This document shows, in pieces, positions 29,908 to 40,304 of a DNA stretch of 64,000 bases (its first letter is position 1; every line of letters starts with the position of its first letter). Source of the DNA: an uncultured Paenochrobactrum sp. (GTDB taxonomy: Bacteria > Pseudomonadota > Alphaproteobacteria > Rhizobiales > Rhizobiaceae); contig CANQXU010000001.1 in the NCBI GenBank assembly GCA_947627865.1, forward strand, positions 14,717 to 78,716, written 5' to 3'. A model generated the notes under the pieces. It had not been told where the DNA came from and ran no database searches. It saw only the letters and a program-made list of their open reading frames with translations. The position numbers and the translations under genes are program-made.

Positions 29908-30906
29908 ATGGTTAAGGCAGAGCCAGATATTATCACCACTGAAAAACGCATCCAACACAAACGTAATCGGTTATTTTTGACGGGCTGCATTCTGTTACTT
30001 TTTGCAGGTTTGTTTTGGTTAATCAGTTGGATGCAACACTTTGAACTGGAGACGTTCTACGCTATGGCGACCATCAACCCAGTTGATCTATCAATTGCTG
30101 TAGGGGCCGCAGGAGAAGCAGGGATAGAGGAGGGGCAATTTGTCACGATAGGCGGGGTCTTGGGAGGTTACCTGTCGTATTTGGTGCCATTTTCAGGTGC
30201 AGTCGTCTTGGTCGTGTGTGGAGTAGCGATGATTCAGGCAGAGGCCTGGGTTATGGTGTTCGCAGTGCCGTTCATGGGGGCGGCATTTCTCATGAACGTC
30301 TTGGTGGATGACGAACCCAAGACGCTCCCAAAGGCCCCTATCATTCAAACAGCGGCACTCGTCTTAACCGGTGAAGTCGATGAACTACTGCGCGCGCTAA
30401 CAACAGAAAATCCCAATTCAGGTTTGATACTGAAGGACGCAATGGAGAAGGGGATTAATGACGACAACGCAGTTACGCAATTGGAAGGATATATGCGGCA
30501 AGGCTACGCTGCGGGCGATACTCGTCGAGCGATGAACATGAGCCTGGCATTGGTTCAGGCACTGACCGTGGCAGCGGAAAACACCTCTGACAAGGCTGAG
30601 GGCAACAAGCTTCTGGATCAGGCGAGCCGAGTGGCAGGTCTGAGTGTTCGCATAATGAAGAGTTATGGCCCGGTGAAAAACGAATTGGCATACCGTCTGT
30701 ATGAACTTGCGCAGCGGCTTGAGCCAGACATTGCGAATAATGCGAAGCCAGCCATTGAGTTGAAATATCAGGAGTCGGCCAAAACCGCAGGAGTATTACG
30801 AACACTGAAAGGTGTTTTCCTGATGATGGCAGTGATACTAATTGTGCTGGCGGGATTCGCCAATAGAAACCTGTGCGTACTGAAGCAACTAAAGACTGAC
30901 GTGTAA
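29908..30906 (+). CDS. KlaC/TelB-like membrane protein
   Basis: Three N-terminal TMs plus one C-terminal TM, third gene of the operon; assigned by position and size only. Confidence 0.5.
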   Translation: MVKAEPDIITTEKRIQHKRNRLFLTGCILLLFAGLFWLISWMQHFELETFYAMATINPVDLSIAVGAAGEAGIEEGQFVTIGGVLGGYLSYLVPFSGAVVLVVCGVAMIQAEAWVMVFAVPFMGAAFLMNVLVDDEPKTLPKAPIIQTAALVLTGEVDELLRALTTENPNSGLILKDAMEKGINDDNAVTQLEGYMRQGYAAGDTRRAMNMSLALVQALTVAAENTSDKAEGNKLLDQASRVAGLSVRIMKSYGPVKNELAYRLYELAQRLEPDIANNAKPAIELKYQESAKTAGVLRTLKGVFLMMAVILIVLAGFANRNLCVLKQLKTDV

Positions 30907-30926
30907 TTCAATACCCATAGGAATGG

Positions 30927-30953
30927 AAAACCCCGGATTTACCGGGGTTTTTT
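30927..30953. terminator. Bidirectional terminator
   Basis: AAAACCCCGG-ATTTA-CCGGGGTTTT. Confidence 0.65.
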
Positions 30954-30954
30954 A

Positions 30955-31146
30955 TTAATAGTAGCGCTTGTTAGGATCGCTTTCTTCCTCTGCTTGAGAG
31001 GCGGAAGACATGATGGCCGGAGGTTCAGCGTAATCCTTTTCATCATCTTCGGGCTTCTTAAAGAATTTTGACCAAATATAGTGACCTCCCAGCAAGGCCA
31101 CCCCACCACCAATCATTAGCAAATCAAATAAATCGAGCTCGGGCAT
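30955..31146 (-). CDS. Small single-TM protein (63 aa)
   Basis: GGAG RBS, TM followed by a charged tail, own terminator. Confidence 0.65.
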   Translation of the reverse strand: MPELDLFDLLMIGGGVALLGGHYIWSKFFKKPEDDEKDYAEPPAIMSSASQAEEESDPNKRYY

Positions 31147-31338
31147 CTATCTTCTCCAGTCAAAAGGGTTCCTCACCCAGCTGACGTTTAACGGTTTCAG
31201 ACAGCGTAGGCAGTCCCCAATTTAACCACGGGCACACTGACAAAAACATGGAAAAGGGAGACGAAACGAGGGGGAAAAACACCGGGCACCATAAAGAGCC
31301 ATGAGATAATTGAGGCTCTCATCAACGTAGAGGTATTC

Positions 31339-31644
31339 ATGGCACTGATCATCCGAGCCGGAATCGGCGAAAGCGACATTGCAGTCACTGAAACAAATGG
31401 GCAGGGGTTGCTTGATCCTGTATTCGTTCAAAGTGTTCTGAAGGGGTACCCTGAGTTTTCTCAATTGAGCAGGGGGATCACGCTGAATGGCGTGGTTTAT
31501 GACCGAGTACTAATGAATGAAGATGCTAAACATAGCGACCTGGCGCTTAATGAGCGAGCCACAACTTTGCTGGAGGAACTGGTTTGCCTGGAGGGGCCGA
31601 TCGTCGGTGATGTATTGCTGTTAATGTCAGGAGAGCACTACTGA
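31339..31644 (+). CDS. Hypothetical protein (DUF3846-like)
   Basis: GAGG RBS, MNEDAK...LNERAT...IVGDVLL pattern. Confidence 0.65.
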   Translation: MALIIRAGIGESDIAVTETNGQGLLDPVFVQSVLKGYPEFSQLSRGITLNGVVYDRVLMNEDAKHSDLALNERATTLLEELVCLEGPIVGDVLLLMSGEHY

Positions 31645-31702
31645 CGAGGCATTAGCGATGGACATTAAAAAGGCAACCGCATGGTTGCCTTCTCTCATTG
31701 GG

Positions 31703-33007
31703 TTATCCCAGTGTGTGCGGATATTTGAGCCACCAGTCTGGTGATATCAGGAAGTTTCCTTTTTCTGTCCAACCTGCCCCTATCAGATGATCTTTAACAA
31801 AGTCCGGTTGCTTACGAAGCGTGTCGATGGAGACTTCTCTGACGATACAGACTTTGCCTTTTTCACCCTCGACGTCACTTTTAACGTAACGCGTTAGTCC
31901 GATGAGCTGAATACGAGAGCAGACCGCACCAGCCGTCCGATCCATCTTTTTAGCTATTACGTCTGGTGAATGATGCTCTCCCAGCAAAGTGAACAGGAAT
32001 TTATAGTTGCCCGAGAACCACAACTTACCGTTACGCCCTTTTTCACGAGGAGAGGAAGACTGGCGTTTTTCATCAGATGAGGATGGATTTAACGCCTCTG
32101 GTTCGGTGAGTTTATCTGTCTTCGGCGCAGGTTGTGGATCTGTAGTGGCGATAGCCTGGCGTTTGGCATTGACGGACTTGAGTAAGTTTGCGGCAGCAAG
32201 CATATGCTCATTATTGCTAACCGGTGTGCTGGTGTCTGTGGCTGCGGAGATTTTAAGCGGCCATGAACCAGGAACCAGATCGGTTATCTGCGTAGCTTCA
32301 GACCACCAGGTCGGTGCGATTAATTGCATACCATCAATGAGCCATCCTGTTTGCAGCAATGGTAGCACGTCGAAATAACGCATCTTTGATAGTATCCTGG
32401 ACTGAATCGCTGGACATACCCAGACCTTGGCTTCACTGGAATCTTCTGCGGTGCCAACGCGAACCAGACCCATAATTGAGAGCTGCTGTATAACGTTGGA
32501 CATGCTGCGCATCAATACCTGCGTCAGTGCATCCTTACTAGGGCGTTGCGATAGTGCGGCCATAAGAATACCGACATCTTCAGGCGTCCACGGCTTACCG
32601 TTATTGAGTAAATGAATTGTTCGGCGAGTGGGCTCATCAGCATCGTCGTTGTAGCGAAATGCCAAAGCAGGGCGAGACGCCCACCATTCAGGCGAACGCA
32701 GTGATTGACCCCCTCGCCACACTTGCGGAGCCCAACCCATTTCCGTGAGCTCCCGGTAAATGCCAGTCATGGTTTTACCCAGGCAAGCGATGCCGACTTG
32801 GTGATTAGGAACCAGTGTTATCTGGCTGAGGTCATCAATGTTTTCGCAAACAGCAATATACAAATCCATCGCGATACACTTACGCTGAATTTCTTCCACA
32901 TCCTTACCGATGACTGACGATAAGGCCGCAAAAGAATAGTTATCCTTCAGCCCCTTTATAAGCTTGAGTTCGTCAGTAATCGACCACGCGATGTTCTCTT
33001 GGGTCAT
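31703..33007 (-). CDS. Protein with three repeated Myb/SANT-like HTH + GW..PxWW modules
   Basis: Internal repeats visible in the translation. Confidence 0.75.
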   Translation of the reverse strand: MTQENIAWSITDELKLIKGLKDNYSFAALSSVIGKDVEEIQRKCIAMDLYIAVCENIDDLSQITLVPNHQVGIACLGKTMTGIYRELTEMGWAPQVWRGGQSLRSPEWWASRPALAFRYNDDADEPTRRTIHLLNNGKPWTPEDVGILMAALSQRPSKDALTQVLMRSMSNVIQQLSIMGLVRVGTAEDSSEAKVWVCPAIQSRILSKMRYFDVLPLLQTGWLIDGMQLIAPTWWSEATQITDLVPGSWPLKISAATDTSTPVSNNEHMLAAANLLKSVNAKRQAIATTDPQPAPKTDKLTEPEALNPSSSDEKRQSSSPREKGRNGKLWFSGNYKFLFTLLGEHHSPDVIAKKMDRTAGAVCSRIQLIGLTRYVKSDVEGEKGKVCIVREVSIDTLRKQPDFVKDHLIGAGWTEKGNFLISPDWWLKYPHTLG

Positions 33008-33158
33008 TTTGAGGTCCTATGTGATTACTACAGTGCTGATATTTTAACCGAGAGCAAGGCGTTATCGAAACTTAGTGACTTATTTTGCACCGGGTTATGA
33101 ACAGATTTTGTGAATAAAATGACGACCAAAAAACTTGATTTAATTTTAAAGGTCATTA

Positions 33159-33578
33159 TCACTTATCCAAATTTAAGCTGACGTGCAGGTCTACTGTCTC
33201 TTGGCAACCAGGGATGTAGTGCGGCCAGTCGATGGCGTTTGTACGCTTCATGACCACCTTTTCAAATCCGAACTGATCCGCAGTGAGGTCAACAATAAAG
33301 TTTCCGTCATCTGAACTGGCCTCACACCAGTAATGGCCGTGACGAGAGGATTGCGTGAATAACCCTCCATCAGTGTCACCGTCACCCCCACGGATACGAG
33401 TAGGAAATCCGCCACGGATTAACATCGTGGCCAACATTAGGCTGGCATAAAGACAGGTTCCCTTGGTTGAAGCAACCTCACAATGTGTCAGCAATCCGTC
33501 AAGTATGAGCCGGGCTTTATGGGCAATATCTATCAGCTTAGGTGCGGCTGGTGGCATAGGTAAGTGATGTAGGCTCAT
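33159..33578 (-). CDS. Putative transglutaminase/papain-like Cys-His-Asp protein
   Basis: GTCLYAS...HGHYWCE...IVDLTADQFG. Confidence 0.65.
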   Translation of the reverse strand: MSLHHLPMPPAAPKLIDIAHKARLILDGLLTHCEVASTKGTCLYASLMLATMLIRGGFPTRIRGGDGDTDGGLFTQSSRHGHYWCEASSDDGNFIVDLTADQFGFEKVVMKRTNAIDWPHYIPGCQETVDLHVSLNLDK

Positions 33579-33581
33579 GCG

Positions 33582-34475
33582 TCAGCCCTCGCTCAACAAG
33601 CGCTGCACAGCAGCTTTAACCCGCAGGATAGTTGCTCGTTCAGCAATGGTGATGAATCCCTTAGCGTTGTGCTTGCGCTCAAAAATATTCTTTTCCTTTG
33701 CGGATATGTACGTCTTTTCCTGCGCCTCAACCAGTTTGGTTGCGAGCAGATCGGGATCGCGAGTGAAGGAAAAGGGGGCCGCACTGATCTGGCCGAGAGC
33801 TTGAGCCTCTGCGGAGACTTCAGGTAATGTCTTGGCAATCCTTGCATTCATCATTTTGGTTTCGATGTTGGCCCGAATGGCGTGCTGTTTTACGGTTAAT
33901 TTTTTCATGGGAAATGTCCGCAAAGCGAAGTCCTTTTCCCACTGATTGATCACATTCTGCTCGAAGGCGATTTCGATGTGACTCGCGCCGTAGACCAGTG
34001 CGCGATTTTCCTCACCCATTTCGGCCAGCTTGGCATTGATGGCTTCACGAGTCTGTCGCTGTTTCTGGGTTAGCTTTCGCTTGTCGATGTTGCTGAGGTA
34101 GAACTCAAATTCCCAGGCGGAGATCACCGACTGAGCCAGTGCAAATTCAAGGAGCTTTCGACTGGCTGCTTTTGTGCCATCTTTTGAAATCCGATCTATG
34201 GCATTGAAAATTCCATTCGAACCTAGCGACATGAATTTATTGACGCAGCAATTACCAACCCGCGCCGTCTTGTTATTGGTTTTGTTTTTGATAACGCAGA
34301 TCTTGATAATCGGCTGGTGTCCGCACAAACACTGATCGGCTATCTGAGCCCGGAATACTTGCTGCAATGACCATTCAATGCGAGCAGAATCCCAATCCTC
34401 AGCAGTGGACATTTCAGTAATGCGGCGAGTTAACTGGATATGCTTGTAGCCTTTCGTTTCGTTGATTTCACTCAT
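33582..34475 (-). CDS. Cys-rich (CLCGH...GNCCV) protein with three helical repeats
   Basis: Translation; co-oriented with the downstream gene, 3-bp gap. Confidence 0.72.
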   Translation of the reverse strand: MSEINETKGYKHIQLTRRITEMSTAEDWDSARIEWSLQQVFRAQIADQCLCGHQPIIKICVIKNKTNNKTARVGNCCVNKFMSLGSNGIFNAIDRISKDGTKAASRKLLEFALAQSVISAWEFEFYLSNIDKRKLTQKQRQTREAINAKLAEMGEENRALVYGASHIEIAFEQNVINQWEKDFALRTFPMKKLTVKQHAIRANIETKMMNARIAKTLPEVSAEAQALGQISAAPFSFTRDPDLLATKLVEAQEKTYISAKEKNIFERKHNAKGFITIAERATILRVKAAVQRLLSEG

Positions 34476-34545
34476 TGTTTTTTCCGATCATTCAAATCGT
34501 TATCATTCCCTGTAGGGTATAGATTTTTGCAAATGAGGGTCAACG

Positions 34546-34574
34546 GAAAAGCGGGCTGTTTTGTTGTCCTTTTC
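34546..34574. promoter_or_regulatory. Best copy of the recurring 29-bp candidate regulator box
   Basis: GAAAAGC-GGGC-TGTTTTG-TTGT-CCTTTTC; related copies listed in findings. Confidence 0.45.
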
Positions 34575-35222
34575 TAGTAAACGATAAACGCGCTGACATT
34601 TGCATATATATGCAATGTGTTGGATCACCACAGTGTGTTTTTGAGCTAATTAAAAAGGGGTGACTTGCTAAAAGTCACCCCTGCACTGGATCCCCACCCA
34701 GACATGCAATACATCATATTCGTTTGCATTGAGATAAATCATACATGCATAAAAATCAGATTAAAGTATTTTTTCTCTCCGAAAATGCACAAAACTCATG
34801 TTGTGATTTTTCTGGTATTTAGTTCTAAATATTTGTTACTATTTTTCCGAGATTTAGCGCAAGTATATATTTGCTCAGTGATTGATTGCATTTTTGCATC
34901 GTTTGCCTGCATTTTTGCATTTTGTATATAAAAACAGCAAAAACCATAAAAGCCGCTCAAAAAACCAGTTTTTTAACTACGGAAATTGATCTACGTCAAT
35001 TTAAGAAAAACCCAAGTTCTCAGAAAATGTTTAAAAATAGGTGTTCCAGCCATAAAAATATATCGCTAACAAAAAATTGCATTTTTAACGCAAAAGTAGG
35101 TGCGCCATTTTTAAAATCTGTACATTCTATTTTGAATTTCTATGCATAATTTAAGTTAGGTGTCTTCGTTGGGTGTCCGGTCTCCCTTACAATTTAATTT
35201 TAACGGACAGAAGGATTTACAG

Positions 35223-35467
35223 ATGAGTAAAGAGATTGACAGAGCGATTGCATCAGCGAACTTAAACGCCTATGGTTGGAAGATTGGAAACCACATTCAT
35301 TCGACCCCATTCACCTCTCACGTTTTCTATATCCGAGATTACCGAGACAACCAAATACACTTAGTTACAGTCGGGCAGAAGGACTTTGACTCTGCCCGCG
35401 TTAACCAGAATACTCCTATCAGCTCACACGTTAATGCTATTGGCCAACTGATCAAAAAATGCAGTAA
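35223..35467 (+). pseudogene. 5' part of a hypothetical gene interrupted by the Tn3-family transposon
   Basis: Reads MSKEIDRAIA...KKCSK up to the AGTAA duplication and continues in frame at 48832. Confidence 0.85.
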
Positions 35468-35536
35468 GGGGTTGTGTGCCCATTTCATCGAAAAGTCCAA
35501 AGTTTGCTCCTAGCCCTGTAATATCAAGGGCTACAG
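35468..35536 (+). repeat. Left terminal inverted repeat
   Basis: GGGGTTGTGTGCCCATTTCATCGAAAAGTCCAAAGTTTGCT is a perfect 41-bp match; imperfect match extends to 69 bp. Confidence 0.93.
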
Positions 35537-35726
35537 ATAGTGTGTTATACGACAGTATTAACACTTGATACTATTACATTGAAAAATTAAAGGTTCTAAT
35601 TTCCTCAGTAAGGAATTATCAATAAATAAAGATAGCGTTCGTTTAGATAATTCATAGGCCAATATATATGTTTTGACGAATGTATTTCCTTGGTATATCT
35701 TACACACATTAAATATAGGAGAAAGT

Positions 35727-36062
35727 ATGGAACCACTACTGCTGTTTAAAATTTTAGCCGACCAAACCAGACTGGATATCGTGCTACTGCTAAAAGCATC
35801 TGGTGAACTGTGTGTTTGCGACATCTATACGGCCTTGAATTTATCGCAACCAAAGACTTCTCGACATCTAGCAATGCTTAGAGAGTCGGGTCTTTTGCTC
35901 GATTCAAAACATGGTAAATGGGTTCATTATCGATTATCTCCAGCATTACTACCGTGGGTGAAAAGTATCATTGATGTCACCTATGCCACAGAGAAAAATA
36001 GAGTTGCAGATTTACTCAAAAGCTTAGAGACAAAAGAACCTGCGAGTAGCTGTTCTATATAA
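35727..36062 (+). CDS. arsR: ArsR arsenite-responsive repressor
   Basis: ELCVCD metal site, SQPKTSRHLAMLR HTH. Confidence 0.95.
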   Translation: MEPLLLFKILADQTRLDIVLLLKASGELCVCDIYTALNLSQPKTSRHLAMLRESGLLLDSKHGKWVHYRLSPALLPWVKSIIDVTYATEKNRVADLLKSLETKEPASSCSI

Positions 36063-36109
36063 AAATTTTTAAGTTAACATATTCGAAAAAACATATATAA
36101 GGTTGAGAT

Positions 36110-36475
36110 ATGAAAAAATTAGAAGTATTTGATCCCGCATTATGCTGTAGCACTGGTGTTTGCGGAACCGAAGTCGATCAAGCATTGGTAGACTTCGCAA
36201 CAGATGTGGATTGGTTAAAAAAACAAGGGGCAAGTATAAGGCGTTTTAATTTAGCGCAAGAGCCTATGGAGTTCGTTAACAACACAAAAGCAAAAACATT
36301 TTTGGAAACCGCAGGCGCCGAGTCACTTCCACTATTGATTCTTGATGGTGAGATTGTGCTGACTGGTCGATACCCAAAACGACATGAGCTAGCAAGATGG
36401 TTTGGTATTCGGCCGAATATTGAAAAAGCCGAAATTGTTAAATCGTGTTGTGGTAATGGTAAAACGTGTTGTTAA
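36110..36475 (+). CDS. arsD: ArsD arsenite metallochaperone
   Basis: FDPALCCSTGVCG, terminal CC pairs. Confidence 0.95.
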   Translation: MKKLEVFDPALCCSTGVCGTEVDQALVDFATDVDWLKKQGASIRRFNLAQEPMEFVNNTKAKTFLETAGAESLPLLILDGEIVLTGRYPKRHELARWFGIRPNIEKAEIVKSCCGNGKTCC

Positions 36476-36488
36476 CAGGAGCAATAAA

Positions 36489-38240
36489 ATGAAATTTTTA
36501 GATAACACACCTAATTATTTATTTTTTACTGGAAAAGGTGGTGTGGGTAAAACTTCTATTTCTTGTGCGACCGCAATTAAGTTGGCTGAAAAAGGGAAAA
36601 AAGTCTTACTGGTGAGCACTGATCCAGCTTCTAACGTTGGGCAAGTATTCTCTCAATCGATAGGCAACAATATTAAGCCAATAACATGGGTTCCAAATTT
36701 ATTTGCTATTGAAATAGACCCTCAAGCTGCCGCTGAAGAATATCGAAACAAAATTATTAATCCAATCAAAGAAAGTTTACCTGAAGCGGTAATTCAAAGT
36801 ATTACGGAACAGCTATCAGGTGCCTGTACCACAGAGATTGCAGCTTTCGATGAATTTACTGGGTTGTTAACCAATACCGAAATTACAAAGCAATTTGACT
36901 ATATCATTTTTGATACCGCACCAACGGGGCATACCATCCGTTTATTACAACTCCCGAGTGCATGGAGTGATTTTATTACTGATAATCCTGATGGTGCGTC
37001 ATGTTTAGGGCCAATGTCTGGTCTTGATAAACAACGTGAACAGTACAGCATGGCGGTGGAAGCGTTGAGTGATAAATCACTAACAAGGTTAGTATTAGTT
37101 GCACGACCTCAATCAGCGGCATTGAGAGAGGTTGCGAGAACCTATAGCGAGTTGTCATCTCTGGGTATCAGAAATCAGCAATTAATTGTCAATGGTGTTT
37201 TCCCTGAAACGGCGGTGACTGAAAATGATAAGTTATCCCATGCGCTCTACTCTCGTGAACAAGCGGCATTAGCATCTATGCCTGAAGCACTACGCTCGTT
37301 ACCTGTCGATATTATTTATTTACAAAATATCAATATGGTGGGTGTCGATGCACTGAAGCAGTTGTTATCTAATGAGATGCCACAAATTCCAACTATTACC
37401 CCGACAAAACAACCTATTTCTTTACCCACCTTGTCAGAACTGGTTGGCGAAATATCTCAGCAACAGCATGGGCTGATTATGTTAATGGGCAAAGGTGGTG
37501 TAGGGAAAACAACGATTGCGGCATCAATCGCGGTTAAATTGGCAGAAAAAGGGCTTGATGTACATCTGACTACATCCGATCCAGCCGCGCATATTGAATC
37601 AACCCTCGATGGTGTTTTACCGAATCTTCAAGTTAGCCGAATTGACCCTATCGCTGAAACTGAACGTTATCGTCATTATGTCTTAGAAACAAAAGGGAAA
37701 GATTTAGATGCAGAGGGGCGCGCATTACTTGAGGAAGATTTGCGCTCTCCTTGTACTGAAGAAATTGCGGTATTCCAGGCTTTTTCTCGCATCATTAGAG
37801 ACGCGGGTAAACGTTTTGTCGTCATGGATACTGCGCCGACTGGGCATACATTATTACTTCTGGATGCAACAGGGGCATACCATAAAGAAATTGCTAAGAA
37901 TATGGGTGAAAAAGGCCACTATTTAACGCCGATGATGCAATTACAAGATCCTGAACGCACCAAAGTCATTATTACGACACTCGCTGAAACAACGCCTGTG
38001 CTTGAGGCGGAAAATTTGCAAAATGATTTAATACGGGCAGACATACATCCGTGGGCGTGGGTAATCAATAACAGTCTATCTATCACGGAAACAACCTCAC
38101 CATTGTTACTTTCAAGAGCAGAACAGGAAGTCGCTCAGATTGAAAAGGTGACATCAACATTGGCAAAACGTGTTGCTATTGTTCCTTTGCTTGAAACAGA
38201 GCCTGTGGGGATATCTGCATTAAGTCAGCTCGCAGAATAA
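36489..38240 (+). CDS. arsA: ArsA arsenical pump-driving ATPase (583 aa)
   Basis: Two GKGGVGKT and two DTAPTGHT motifs; ATG 36489 with AGGAG RBS. Confidence 0.96.
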   Translation: MKFLDNTPNYLFFTGKGGVGKTSISCATAIKLAEKGKKVLLVSTDPASNVGQVFSQSIGNNIKPITWVPNLFAIEIDPQAAAEEYRNKIINPIKESLPEAVIQSITEQLSGACTTEIAAFDEFTGLLTNTEITKQFDYIIFDTAPTGHTIRLLQLPSAWSDFITDNPDGASCLGPMSGLDKQREQYSMAVEALSDKSLTRLVLVARPQSAALREVARTYSELSSLGIRNQQLIVNGVFPETAVTENDKLSHALYSREQAALASMPEALRSLPVDIIYLQNINMVGVDALKQLLSNEMPQIPTITPTKQPISLPTLSELVGEISQQQHGLIMLMGKGGVGKTTIAASIAVKLAEKGLDVHLTTSDPAAHIESTLDGVLPNLQVSRIDPIAETERYRHYVLETKGKDLDAEGRALLEEDLRSPCTEEIAVFQAFSRIIRDAGKRFVVMDTAPTGHTLLLLDATGAYHKEIAKNMGEKGHYLTPMMQLQDPERTKVIITTLAETTPVLEAENLQNDLIRADIHPWAWVINNSLSITETTSPLLLSRAEQEVAQIEKVTSTLAKRVAIVPLLETEPVGISALSQLAE

Positions 38241-38295
38241 GTTTTATTTTCTAAAAATAAAAGGTGCGGAAAAGCACCTTTTAAATGAGGTTGTT

Positions 38296-39585
38296 ATGTT
38301 TATTGCCGCATTCATTTTTATTTTAACGATCACCTTTGTTATTTGGCAGCCCAAAGGACTGGGTATTGGCTGGAGTGCTACAGCAGGGGCTGTATTGGCA
38401 CTGATCTTTGGTGTGATCAGTTTTCAAGACATCCCGATTGTTTGGAACATTGTTTGGAATGCCACGGCGACATTTGTCGCCGTAATTATCATTAGCCTAC
38501 TTTTAGATGAAAGTGGTTTCTTTGAATGGGCGGCATTACATGTTGCCAAGTGGGGCGGGGGTAAAGGAAAACTGTTATTCAGTTATATCGTGTTACTTGG
38601 TGCAACGGTTGCGGCCTTATTTGCCAATGATGGCGCAGCATTGATATTAACGCCCATTGTGATTGCGATGTTATTGGCACTTGGTTTCAACAAAGGCACG
38701 ACATTAGCCTTTGTCATGGCTGCCGGGTTTATTGCAGATACGGCGAGCTTGCCGCTGATTGTTTCGAACCTCGTGAATATCGTTTCTGCGGACTTCTTTA
38801 ATATTGGATTTACTGAATATGCATCGATTATGGTGCCAGTGGATATTGCAGCAATTATTGCAACATTAGCGATGCTGCATTGGTTTTTCCGCAAAGATAT
38901 TCCTAAACAATATGATGTTACCAAACTGAGTGAACCGACTTTAGCCATTAAGGACATGACAACGTTTAAAGCAGGTTGGCTGGTATTGGTACTGCTACTT
39001 ATTGGTTTCTTTGTCTTAGAACCATTAGGTCTTCCAGTGAGTGCAATTGCGGCTATTGGCGCCTTAATTCTTTGGGTGATTGCAGCCAGAGGCCATACGA
39101 TTAATACCCAAAAAGTATTACGTGGCGCACCGTGGCAAATCGTCATTTTCTCTTTAGGTATGTACTTGGTTGTTTATGGTTTAAGAAATGCAGGGTTAAC
39201 CGATTATCTTTCTGAAACGCTCAATTACCTTGCAGACAAAGGGTTATGGGCAGCAACAATTGGTACGGGATTTATAACTGCATTTTTATCCTCAATAATG
39301 AATAATATGCCAACGGTATTAATTGGTGCTTTATCCATTGAAGGGAGTGAAGCGTCAGGGCTAATTCAACAAGCAATGGTTTATGCCAATGTGATTGGTG
39401 CCGATTTGGGGCCTAAGATTACACCTATAGGGAGTTTGGCGACGTTGCTGTGGCTGCATGTTTTATCACAAAAGAACATGAGCATTACATGGGGATACTA
39501 TTTTAAAACAGGGATCATCATGACACTCCCTGTACTTACCATCACTCTCGTTGCTTTAGTGCTTCGACTTTCACTGTTAAATTAA
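38296..39585 (+). CDS. arsB: ArsB arsenite efflux permease
   Basis: 429 aa, [40 protein letters not shown]. Confidence 0.96.
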   Translation: MFIAAFIFILTITFVIWQPKGLGIGWSATAGAVLALIFGVISFQDIPIVWNIVWNATATFVAVIIISLLLDESGFFEWAALHVAKWGGGKGKLLFSYIVLLGATVAALFANDGAALILTPIVIAMLLALGFNKGTTLAFVMAAGFIADTASLPLIVSNLVNIVSADFFNIGFTEYASIMVPVDIAAIIATLAMLHWFFRKDIPKQYDVTKLSEPTLAIKDMTTFKAGWLVLVLLLIGFFVLEPLGLPVSAIAAIGALILWVIAARGHTINTQKVLRGAPWQIVIFSLGMYLVVYGLRNAGLTDYLSETLNYLADKGLWAATIGTGFITAFLSSIMNNMPTVLIGALSIEGSEASGLIQQAMVYANVIGADLGPKITPIGSLATLLWLHVLSQKNMSITWGYYFKTGIIMTLPVLTITLVALVLRLSLLN

Positions 39586-39595
39586 GGCTAACCGA

Positions 39596-40021
39596 ATGAA
39601 TGAAATTACCATTTATCACAATCCAAATTGTGGCACTTCACGCAATACGCTTGCTATGATCCGCAATAGCGGCGTTGAGCCAACGATTATTTATTATTTA
39701 GAAACACCGCCGACTAAAGATATGTTAGTACAACTTATTGCTGATATGAAAATCACGGTAAGGGCGTTACTACGAAAAAATGTTGAACCGTATGAACAAT
39801 TAGCTTTAGAAAATGATATTTATACCGATGACCAACTGATTGATTTTATGTTGCAGTACCCAATACTGATTAATAGACCCATTGTTGTTACGCCAATAGG
39901 AACTAAACTTTGCCGACCTTCAGAAGTCGTATTGGATATATTACCTCATCCGCAACAACGTGAATTTATCAAAGAAGATGGTGAGGTTATTGTTGATAAA
40001 CAAGGTATTAGAGTAAAGTAA
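39596..40021 (+). CDS. arsC: Glutaredoxin-dependent arsenate reductase
   Basis: HNPNCGTSR, INRPIV, LCRPSE. Confidence 0.96.
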   Translation: MNEITIYHNPNCGTSRNTLAMIRNSGVEPTIIYYLETPPTKDMLVQLIADMKITVRALLRKNVEPYEQLALENDIYTDDQLIDFMLQYPILINRPIVVTPIGTKLCRPSEVVLDILPHPQQREFIKEDGEVIVDKQGIRVK

Positions 40022-40304
40022 ATCACTGACGATATTTATCATGATGAGCGTACCGATGTATGGCATCAGTACGCTCATGTTAATCCGGTACTTGCTTAAG
40101 GTCGTTGATATTGGTATTTTAAAAAAATATACTATTCATAGGAACAGCTGATCATATTATGCGCCTTACGCCACCCTGAGATACCCCCTTCCTTTTAGGT
40201 TGATACTAAATCAGCCAATTTCCACATCCCTTCTTTGGGATAATTTCGTTTATTTAAAATATACTCTCCCATCTTGGGATTGATAGATTACAAGGTAGTC
40301 TAAT

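Noticed and set aside
34665-35149. ORFs 34665..34931 and 34886..35149
   Set aside because: Low-complexity translations of the AT-rich repeat locus; no RBS.
35138-35168. Possible second dif-like site (ATGCATAA-TTTAAG-TTAGGTGT)
   Set aside because: XerD arm matches poorly.
34480-35220. Replication origin interpretation
   Set aside because: No 18-24 bp iterons and no adjacent rep gene in the window.
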